Shown here: one piece after another, positions 57,044 to 64,000 of the stretch | Layout of the letters: every line of letters begins with the position of its first letter | Position numbering within the stretch: the first letter of the stretch is position 1 | DNA from: Flavobacteriales bacterium UBA1694 | GTDB lineage: Bacteria > Bacteroidota > Bacteroidia > Flavobacteriales > Weeksellaceae | Direction: 5' to 3' | Assembly (NCBI GenBank): GCA_002319955.1 | Contig: DCJS01000033.1 | Span: 34,582-98,581 of the forward strand | Length of the DNA: 64,000 bases | Notes under the pieces: generated by a model | Told to the model about the DNA's origin: nothing | The model's input: only the letters and a program-made list of their open reading frames with translations | Databases searched by the model: none | Program-made: the position numbers and the translations under genes

Positions 57044-57424
57044 TTAACGCTGCATATTTTTTGCTTCAATGCTGAGCGTCGCATGAGGAACTGCTCTTAA
57101 ACGGTCTTTTGGTATTAATTTACCCGTCACTCTGCAAACACCGTAGGTTTTATTCTCAATACGGATTAGGGCATGTTTTAAATCGCGGATGAATTTTTCT
57201 TGTCTCCCTGCTAAAATTGCATTTTGCTCTTTACTCAGGGTTTCTGCGCCTTCTTCAAATGCCTTAAAGGTTGGGGATGTATCATCCGTGCCATTGTTTT
57301 GGTCATTGATAAAGCTTTCATTAATTAGTCCTAAGTCTCTTTCTGCCTTATTTATTTTTGAAACGATAAGTTCCTTGAATTCCTTCAAATCGGCATCGCT
57401 GTAGCGTTGTCTCTCTTCTGCCAT
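57044..57424 (-). CDS. DksA/TraR-family protein with degenerate zinc finger
   Basis: Coiled-coil region plus C-terminal YGVCRVTGKLIPKDRLRAVPHATLSIEAK. The ATG at 57424 is preferred over the GTG at 57478. Confidence 0.8.
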   Translation of the reverse strand: MAEERQRYSDADLKEFKELIVSKINKAERDLGLINESFINDQNNGTDDTSPTFKAFEEGAETLSKEQNAILAGRQEKFIRDLKHALIRIENKTYGVCRVTGKLIPKDRLRAVPHATLSIEAKNMQR

Positions 57425-57481
57425 GGTTGTTTGATTTTTTTCTATTAATGGAGCGACCCTTTTTGAGTGCTCCAGCACGTC

Positions 57482-60400
57482 TTATTTTAATTTCTCTACT
57501 TGAACTTTGAACTGAACCTCGTCAATTTCAATTTGTTCAAAAATTGAGAGTGAATTTACAAATTCTATTTTATCCGACAATACTTCGCTTGAAATATAAT
57601 CAGAGTTTGCAGTAAGTTCCCTTGTGTAGGGACCTTCAGACTCTAATTTTACCAGAATCCGGTCGGTAAGGTCAAATTCTTTATCTTTTCTGAGGTTCTG
57701 GATTCGGTTGATGAATTCCCGCGCGATTCCCTCTGCTTTTAGTTCGGGTGTTAGCGTTAAATCTAGTGCGACGGTCAGTTTCCCCTCACTCGTTACGGTC
57801 CAGCCTGGAATGTCTTTTGTAGAAACCTCCACGTCATCCGTCGTGATTTCATAGCCGGACACCACGATACGGCCCTCAGACTCTAAGGCTTGGATCTGAT
57901 TGGGTGAAAATTGTTGGATTTCCTGTCCGATTGTTTTCATATCCTTCCCCAATTTTGGACCTAAGGTCTTAAAATTAGGTTTCACTTGTTTGACGATGAG
58001 CTCTCCGGCTAGTTCCGGGTCAATAAGTTCGAGTTCTTTTACATTTACCTCTTGCTTAATTAGATCCTCCACAGCCAAGATCTGAGATTTTGTCTTTTGA
58101 TCAAGAACAGGAATTAACACTTTGGTTAAAGGCTGACGCACTTTGATATTTTCTTTTTTACGAAGTGAAAATACCATGGAGGTAATATTCTGGGCAAGCT
58201 GGGTTTTCTCCACAAGGTCCTGCTCGACAAGAGAAGGATCAAATACAGGGAAATCCGTTAGATGCACTGAGCCAAGAGTTTCTTTTTTTGTCACGGCATT
58301 AAGGTCTCTGTAAAGCCGGTCCATAAAGAATGGCGCGATGGGAGCCGCGAGCTTAGCCACCGTGTCTAAACAGGTATATAGCGTTTGGTAAGCCGAGATT
58401 TTGTCTTGGGAATACTCGCCTTTCCAGAATCTGCGGCGGCATAATCTTACGTACCAATTGCTTAAATTGTCATTAACGAAAGTGTTTATTAAACGGGCCA
58501 CTTTCGTGGGTTCATATTCCTCGTAATTCGATTTGACCTCTTTAATTAAGAGGTGAAGCTCTGAGAGAATCCATCGGTCAATCTCTGGGCGGTCTTCAAT
58601 AGGGCCTTCTTTGTATTCGAAGCCGTCTACATTCGCGTATAGCGCAAAGAAAGAATAGGTGTTATAGAGCGTTCCAAAGAATTTTCTTCGTACCTCTTCG
58701 ATGCCTTGAGGGTCAAATTTAAGATTCTCCCAAGGGTTGGCATTTGAAATCATGTACCAACGTGTTGCATCAGGCCCATGCACTTCAAGGGTTTTGAATG
58801 GATCCACGCCGTTGCCTAAACGCTTAGACATTTTTTGGCCATTTTTATCTAGAACCAGTCCGTTGGACACCACGTTCTTGTAGGCTACACTATCAAACAC
58901 CGCAGTGCCAATGGCATGTAAAGTATAAAACCATCCTCGTGTTTGGTCCACGCCCTCCGCAATAAAATCGGCGGGGAAAGCTTTTTTCTCATCGATAAGC
59001 GCACGGTTCTCGAAAGGGTAATGGAGTTGCGCGTAAGGCATTGATCCAGAGTCAAACCACACATCAATTAAGTCACTCTCACGCAGCATCGGTTTTCCCG
59101 AATCGGACACAAGAGTAATTTCATCCACGTAGTTTTTATGAAGATCCACTTGGTCGTAATTCGCTCCACTCATGTCCCCAACCACGAAATCCTTGAGCGG
59201 ATTTTCGCTCATGAGTCCAGCGGCCTGCGCTTTCTCTATTTCAAGTTTAAGCTCCTCAATGGAACCAATAATTTTCTCTTCTTTAGAATCCTCTGTTCTC
59301 CAGATTGGAAGTGGAACCCCCCAATAGCGGGAACGTGATAAGTTCCAATCATTTACATTCTCAAGCCAATTGGCAAATCGTCCTTCCCCGGTGCTTTTTG
59401 GCTTCCAATTGATTTGGGTGTTTAGTTCAACCAAACGGTCCTTAACGGCCGTCATTTTGACAAACCAGGAATCAAGTGGGTAATAGAGTATAGGTTTATC
59501 CGTTCTCCAACAATGCGGGTAACTGTGGGTGTATTTCTCGACCTTAAAGGCTTTGTTTTGTGTTTTTAAAAGGATAGCAAGCTCAACATCCCAAGATTTC
59601 TCGGGTGCTTGGCCCTGATCGTAGTAGTCGTTTTTGATGTACTTACCACCAAAAACCTCAGGGACATTCTCGCCTAGTAGAAACCGGCCTTGTAAATCAA
59701 CAAGGGGAACTAAATTTCCATTTTCATCCTTAATAAGCATTGGAGGAATGCCGCTCTCCTTTGCTACACGGCTGTCGTCTGCTCCGAAGGTCGGGGCAAT
59801 ATGGACAATCCCTGTTCCGTCTACGGTGGTAACGAAATCACCCTCGATGACGCGGAAGGCTAAGTGTGGCTCTTGCGAAGGCAAAAACCATGGAATTAAC
59901 TGCTCGTAAGTTGAGTCAAGAAGATCTTTTCCATTGAACTCCGCCAAAATATGGAACGGAATGGTCTTACTCTCACTTTGGTAAGTGTCAAGCGCTTCAA
60001 GAGAAGATTCTATGTATTTTTTTCCGAAGTTTTTCTCAACTAGTGCTTTGGCTAAGACGACTTGAATCGGCTCAAATGTGTATTGGTTAAAAGTCTTCAC
60101 AAGGACATAGTCAATACTTTTCCCTACGGCAAGAGCGGTATTGGAAGGAAGTGTCCAAGGGGTTGTTGTCCAGGCGAGAAGATCGATTGGTCCCTGGCTC
60201 TGTAGGTGCGAGAGACTTTCACTAAGCTGCTTTATTCGAAACTGAGCTACAATAGTGGTGTCCGAAACATCCCGGTAGGTTCCCGGTTGATTCAGCTCAT
60301 GCGAAGAGAGGCCTGTACCTGCTTTTGGAGAGTAAGGCTGAATCGTATACCCTTTATAGAGTAACTCTTTATTATAGAGTTCTTTTAATAGCCACCAAAC

Positions 60401-60877
60401 CGTTTCCATATATTTGGAGGTGTAGGTGATGTACGGATCTTCTAGATCGACCCAATAGCCAATCTTATGGGTTAAATCATTCCACACATCGGTATACCGC
60501 ATCACGGCTTTGCGACAGGCTTCGTTATACTCTTCTACGGAGATTTTAACGCCAATATCTTCTTTAGTAATTCCAAGTTCTTTTTCAACCCCTAGCTCAA
60601 TTGGTAGCCCATGGGTATCCCATCCCGCTTTTCTAAAGACTTTTTTGCCATTTTGCGTTTGAAAGCGGCAGAAAATATCCTTAATTGTTCTGGCCATGAC
60701 ATGGTGAATCCCTGGCATGCCATTAGCAGAGGGCGGCCCTTCGTAAAATACAAATTCGGGCTGGCCTTCACGAATTTCAACCGATTTTTTGAACGTTTGT
60801 TCTTGGTCCCAAGATTCTAAAATCCCGTGTGCTACGGAATTTAAATCAAGATTTTTATATTCGTTAAACTTCTTCAT
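57482..60877 (-). CDS. ileS: isoleucine--tRNA ligase (long form)
   Basis: PPSANGMPGIHHV (HIGH region), KMSKRLGN, editing domain. Start either the ATG at 60877 (MKKFNEYKN) or the ATG at 60895. Confidence 0.95.
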   Translation of the reverse strand: MKKFNEYKNLDLNSVAHGILESWDQEQTFKKSVEIREGQPEFVFYEGPPSANGMPGIHHVMARTIKDIFCRFQTQNGKKVFRKAGWDTHGLPIELGVEKELGITKEDIGVKISVEEYNEACRKAVMRYTDVWNDLTHKIGYWVDLEDPYITYTSKYMETVWWLLKELYNKELLYKGYTIQPYSPKAGTGLSSHELNQPGTYRDVSDTTIVAQFRIKQLSESLSHLQSQGPIDLLAWTTTPWTLPSNTALAVGKSIDYVLVKTFNQYTFEPIQVVLAKALVEKNFGKKYIESSLEALDTYQSESKTIPFHILAEFNGKDLLDSTYEQLIPWFLPSQEPHLAFRVIEGDFVTTVDGTGIVHIAPTFGADDSRVAKESGIPPMLIKDENGNLVPLVDLQGRFLLGENVPEVFGGKYIKNDYYDQGQAPEKSWDVELAILLKTQNKAFKVEKYTHSYPHCWRTDKPILYYPLDSWFVKMTAVKDRLVELNTQINWKPKSTGEGRFANWLENVNDWNLSRSRYWGVPLPIWRTEDSKEEKIIGSIEELKLEIEKAQAAGLMSENPLKDFVVGDMSGANYDQVDLHKNYVDEITLVSDSGKPMLRESDLIDVWFDSGSMPYAQLHYPFENRALIDEKKAFPADFIAEGVDQTRGWFYTLHAIGTAVFDSVAYKNVVSNGLVLDKNGQKMSKRLGNGVDPFKTLEVHGPDATRWYMISNANPWENLKFDPQGIEEVRRKFFGTLYNTYSFFALYANVDGFEYKEGPIEDRPEIDRWILSELHLLIKEVKSNYEEYEPTKVARLINTFVNDNLSNWYVRLCRRRFWKGEYSQDKISAYQTLYTCLDTVAKLAAPIAPFFMDRLYRDLNAVTKKETLGSVHLTDFPVFDPSLVEQDLVEKTQLAQNITSMVFSLRKKENIKVRQPLTKVLIPVLDQKTKSQILAVEDLIKQEVNVKELELIDPELAGELIVKQVKPNFKTLGPKLGKDMKTIGQEIQQFSPNQIQALESEGRIVVSGYEITTDDVEVSTKDIPGWTVTSEGKLTVALDLTLTPELKAEGIAREFINRIQNLRKDKEFDLTDRILVKLESEGPYTRELTANSDYISSEVLSDKIEFVNSLSIFEQIEIDEVQFKVQVEKLK

Positions 60878-60943
60878 TGTCAATATTATCTGCATTGATT
60901 TTAAGTGTGCGAATATAAGGAAAATTGATGAAATTTTGGGTGG

Positions 60944-61402
60944 CTACAGGCGGGCTTTTTTAGCAGGAGACTCTGGTTTTGTTACCGGTGTAGATTTTCT
61001 TAATAAGAGAAAGGATAGGAGTCCGAGAATTAGGGCCATCGCGGTGGCAAGGATTAAACTCCCTACCGCATACTGGATCAGGTGAAGTTTGGCCACTTCG
61101 AGGGTAAGGTCCGTAAGGCTGAAGGACTTATCGGATCCAACAAAAGGTGCCCCAATTAGCATGGAGACGTAGAGCACGATCGGGAGCAGTGGAGGCACTG
61201 TGATTTGGGCTGAAATGAAAGTGAGTGTCTTATTGAGCCTAAGTAAGGCGGATAAACTTATGGCCAGAATTGTGTGCAGGCCCCAAAAGGGTGAGAAGCC
61301 AATGAAGACTCCTAACGCAATCGATTTGGCCTTGAGCTCAGCGCTGCCTTCACTTTGGAAGAGATTCTCTTTCACAAAGCGTCGAAGTCCTTTTTTTCGC
61401 AT
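60944..61402 (-). CDS. DUF2062-like membrane protein
   Basis: SIALGVFIGFSPFWGLHT followed by TM helices. The start could instead be the TTG at 61456, which is closer to the -7 box. Confidence 0.55.
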   Translation of the reverse strand: MRKKGLRRFVKENLFQSEGSAELKAKSIALGVFIGFSPFWGLHTILAISLSALLRLNKTLTFISAQITVPPLLPIVLYVSMLIGAPFVGSDKSFSLTDLTLEVAKLHLIQYAVGSLILATAMALILGLLSFLLLRKSTPVTKPESPAKKARL

Positions 61403-61476
61403 GTAGCGGTAAAAGACTTTTTGGCTCTGCCACGAGTTTTTAATAAAATTTCTCAAATCACACGCTTTTGGTCGTG

Positions 61477-61484
61477 CAAATTTA
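61477..61484 (-). promoter_or_regulatory. Bacteroidota-type -7 promoter box
   Basis: Minus-strand TAAATTTG upstream of the DUF2062-ileS-dksA-lspA gene string. Confidence 0.4.
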
Positions 61485-61611
61485 CGCGTTTTGGGATATT
61501 TTACTCCGAAATACTCTTAAATTAAGATTAATTATTCATGAAATCAGTCTGCTAGGGAGCGCAATCGAAGGGAATTGTTAGACCAAAAATGAACAAATGT
61601 AAAAAAATCTC

Positions 61612-61619
61612 TACTTTTG
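61612..61619 (+). promoter_or_regulatory. Bacteroidota-type -7 promoter box
   Basis: Exact TAnnTTTG (TACTTTTG) 16 nt upstream of the topA ATG. Confidence 0.45.
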
Positions 61620-61635
61620 CAAAAAATAATTGAGG

Positions 61636-64000
61636 ATGTCAAAGAATTTAGTGATTGTCGAATCCCCAGCCAAGGCCAAGACCATTCAGAAGTATTTAGG
61701 GAAAGATTTTGAAGTGAAATCCAGTTTTGGACACATTAGAGATCTGCCTAAGAAAGGAATGGGCATTGACCTTGAAACCTTTACTCCAGAGTACGAGGTG
61801 TCCCCAGATAAAAAAAAGATTGTCAGTGAGTTAAAAGCGGCCGTTAAAAATGCGCAGATCGTTTGGCTTGCTTCGGATGAGGACCGGGAAGGAGAAGCAA
61901 TCGCTTGGCATCTCTCTCAGGAGCTTAAATTAAAAGAAGAAAATACCCGGCGCATTGTGTTTCATGAGATCACAAAGAACGCAATCTTAAAGGCGGTCGA
62001 GAACCCCAGAGCCATTGATCAGAATTTAGTGAATGCCCAACAGGCACGCCGAATTTTAGACCGTATTGTGGGATTTGAAATGTCGCCAGTTTTATGGAAA
62101 AAGGTGAAAACTGGCCTCTCTGCTGGGCGCGTTCAATCCGTCGCGGTCCGCTTAGTGGTCGAGCGCGAAAAAGAAATACGGGCCTTTGATTTTACTTCGT
62201 CCTATAAAGTAAATGCTAGTTTTTTAACTTCGGGAAAGGCAGAATTGCCTGCAAAATTGAAAAGCGACTTCAAAAGCGAGCCTTTAGCTCAAGCATTTTT
62301 GGAGCAGGCGAAAACAAGTGAGTTTAAGGTTTTAGACGTTGAGAAAAAACCGGCAACACGCTCCGCGTCTGCGCCATTCACCACCTCGACGCTACAGCAG
62401 GAGGCCTCCTCAAGACTTGGCTATAATGTTACAGCAACTATGCGACTGGCCCAGCGACTTTATGAAGAAGGGTTTATTACCTATATGAGAACGGACAGTG
62501 TGAATTTATCACAAGAGGCTATTAATGGCGCAAAGGCTCAAATTCTATCCGAATTTGGTGAGGCTTTTTCCAATCCAAGGAATTACACGACAAAGTCGGC
62601 CTCCGCGCAGGAAGCCCACGAAGCCATTCGTCCGACAGATTTTTCACTTAAAAGCATTGGAGATGCGCAGCTTAATAAACTGTACCAATTAATCTACCGC
62701 CGAACGCTCGCCTCTCAAATGGCTAACGCGAAGCTTGAGAAAACGGTTATTGAAATTGGAGCTCCTAACCTGACTCCGCACTTTGAGGCGCAAGGCGAAG
62801 TTATTGTCTTTGAAGGGTTTTTAAAGGCCTACGGTATTAGCAAAAACGAAGACGAGGATGAGGAAAACACAAACGATAAGATACTTCCAAGAGTCTCTGT
62901 GGGCGAAGCCCTCAGCTATACACAGATTACGGCTACTCAGAAATACACAAGACCGGCAGCCCGCTATACCGAGGCCTCTTTGGTAAGAAAATTAGAAGAA
63001 TTAGGGATCGGAAGACCCTCCACCTATGCCCCGACAATCCAGACGATTCAAAACCGTGAGTATGTTGATAAAAGAGAATTAGAACCGCAAAAGCGCGAGG
63101 CCGTTAAGCTGAGCTTGGAGAAAGAAATTTCTCGTGAAGTCTTAGTGGATACCTATGGTGGTGATAAGAATAAGTTTGTTCCAACCAATATTGGCGAGGT
63201 TGTCAACGAGTTCCTGACTGAGAATTTTGCAGAGATTTTAGATTACGGTTTTACAGCGAGGGTTGAACGTGAATTTGATGAAATTGCGCACGGCCAGAAG
63301 ACCTGGCAAAGTATGATGTCAGAATTCTATACATTTTTCCATCCTCGAATTGAAAAGGTTGAAGAAACAGCAGAGCGTGCGACGGGGGAGCGTAAGCTTG
63401 GCGATGATCCTAAAACAGGGAAGCCAATTTATGCCCGAATGGGCCGTTACGGGGCTATGATTCAAATTGGCGAGTCTGATGACGAGGAAAAACCCACATT
63501 CGCGAGTTTGATGGCGAACCAAACGATTGCGACCGTGACGCTCGAGCAGGCACTTGAACTCTTCAAGCTTCCATTCCAACTCCAATCTTATGAAGGCAAA
63601 GACCTTAGTGTGGCCGTGGGACGCTTTGGACCTTATATTAAATGGGGTGAGGCCTTTATCAGTATTCCAAAAGGCGAAGATCCATTGTCGGTAGACCAAA
63701 AAAGAGCCCAGGAGCTTATTGAGGAAAAGAAAATTGCTGACGCGCCGGTAGCTTCGTTTAAAGGGGAACCCGTGACCAAAGGCACAGGACGTTTTGGTCC
63801 TTTCTTAAAGTACCAAGCACTTTATATTAATGTGCCCAAGAAGTACGATTTTGAGAATTTATCGCAGGATGATATCCACGAATTAATTACAGCGAAGCTT
63901 GAAAAAGAAGCCAACCGTTACATTCAGCAGTGGACAGATGAAAAGATTGCGATTGAAAATGGCCGCTGGGGCGCTTTCATAAAATTCGGCAAACTTAATT
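61636..64000 (+). CDS. topA: DNA topoisomerase I (3' end beyond the window)
   Basis: My own translation from the ATG at 61636 gives MSKNLVIVESPAKAKTIQKYLGKDFEVKSSFGHIRDLP (TOPRIM). The frame stays open to base 64000 (...GRWGAFIKFGKLN). Absent from the ORF track because there is no stop in the window. Confidence 0.95.
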   Translation, partial: MSKNLVIVESPAKAKTIQKYLGKDFEVKSSFGHIRDLPKKGMGIDLETFTPEYEVSPDKKKIVSELKAAVKNAQIVWLASDEDREGEAIAWHLSQELKLKEENTRRIVFHEITKNAILKAVENPRAIDQNLVNAQQARRILDRIVGFEMSPVLWKKVKTGLSAGRVQSVAVRLVVEREKEIRAFDFTSSYKVNASFLTSGKAELPAKLKSDFKSEPLAQAFLEQAKTSEFKVLDVEKKPATRSASAPFTTSTLQQEASSRLGYNVTATMRLAQRLYEEGFITYMRTDSVNLSQEAINGAKAQILSEFGEAFSNPRNYTTKSASAQEAHEAIRPTDFSLKSIGDAQLNKLYQLIYRRTLASQMANAKLEKTVIEIGAPNLTPHFEAQGEVIVFEGFLKAYGISKNEDEDEENTNDKILPRVSVGEALSYTQITATQKYTRPAARYTEASLVRKLEELGIGRPSTYAPTIQTIQNREYVDKRELEPQKREAVKLSLEKEISREVLVDTYGGDKNKFVPTNIGEVVNEFLTENFAEILDYGFTARVEREFDEIAHGQKTWQSMMSEFYTFFHPRIEKVEETAERATGERKLGDDPKTGKPIYARMGRYGAMIQIGESDDEEKPTFASLMANQTIATVTLEQALELFKLPFQLQSYEGKDLSVAVGRFGPYIKWGEAFISIPKGEDPLSVDQKRAQELIEEKKIADAPVASFKGEPVTKGTGRFGPFLKYQALYINVPKKYDFENLSQDDIHELITAKLEKEANRYIQQWTDEKIAIENGRWGAFIKFGKLN

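Noticed and set aside
63319-63699. 126-aa ORF on the minus strand, the only track ORF in the last 2.4 kb
   Set aside because: The plus strand here is the open topA frame that runs to the window end. The minus-strand ORF is an antisense artefact.
1-64000. Search for CRISPR arrays, tRNA/rRNA genes, transposases, integrative elements, toxin-antitoxin or defence cassettes
   Set aside because: No spaced direct repeats, no tRNA- or rRNA-like stretches in any intergenic region, and no ORF with transposase, phage or defence signatures. Every spacer longer than 100 bp is explained by promoters, terminators or the riboswitch, or is listed as an open question.

Overview
Densely packed window of about 60 protein genes on both strands that looks like core chromosome, not an accessory island. 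The signals point to a Flavobacteriia-type Bacteroidota genome: exact TAnnTTTG -7 promoter boxes recur in front of genes, ccoN and ccoO are fused, IleRS exceeds 1100 aa, a TonB-dependent receptor sits behind a TPP riboswitch, and there are many lipoproteins. GC content was not computed, and the taxon is inferred without any database search. Recognisable genes are prfA, methylmalonyl-CoA mutase with meaB, an MlaEF-like ABC pair, queE, folD, pgi, lon, a PpiD-like PPIase, an MCE protein, a split HdrD/DsrK-like Fe-S pair and serS. A complete cbb3 oxidase cluster is present (ccoI-ccoS-ccoNO-ccoQ-ccoP-ccoG-fixH-tauE-like) with a divergent CRP/FNR-family regulator. The remaining recognisable genes are panB, an rluA-family gene, aconitase, acyl-CoA thioesterase, xerD, dCMP deaminase, an oxyR-like regulator, metK, trpS, lspA, a dksA-like gene, ileS and topA (3' end cut by the window; it is missing from the ORF track because it has no stop in the window). 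I saw no rRNA, tRNA, CRISPR array, transposase, prophage or recognisable defence genes. I do not see a convincing novel multi-gene system. The observations most worth following are listed here. (1) A 14-nt TGA-N6-TCA box is shared between the cco promoter region and the promoter of the adjacent cysteine-free CRP/FNR regulator. (2) A clear TPP riboswitch precedes a TonB-dependent receptor, and three segments can pair alternatively in a way that suggests start-codon sequestration. (3) A long structured metK leader may be a SAM-II/SAM-V-like element. (4) A divergent uracil-DNA-glycosylase-superfamily-like gene is tightly coupled to a secreted WG-repeat protein. (5) A membrane-anchored split HdrD/DsrK-like Fe-S oxidoreductase has no known substrate. 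All functional calls come from motifs read in the translations and from remembered family knowledge. None was verified by a search.
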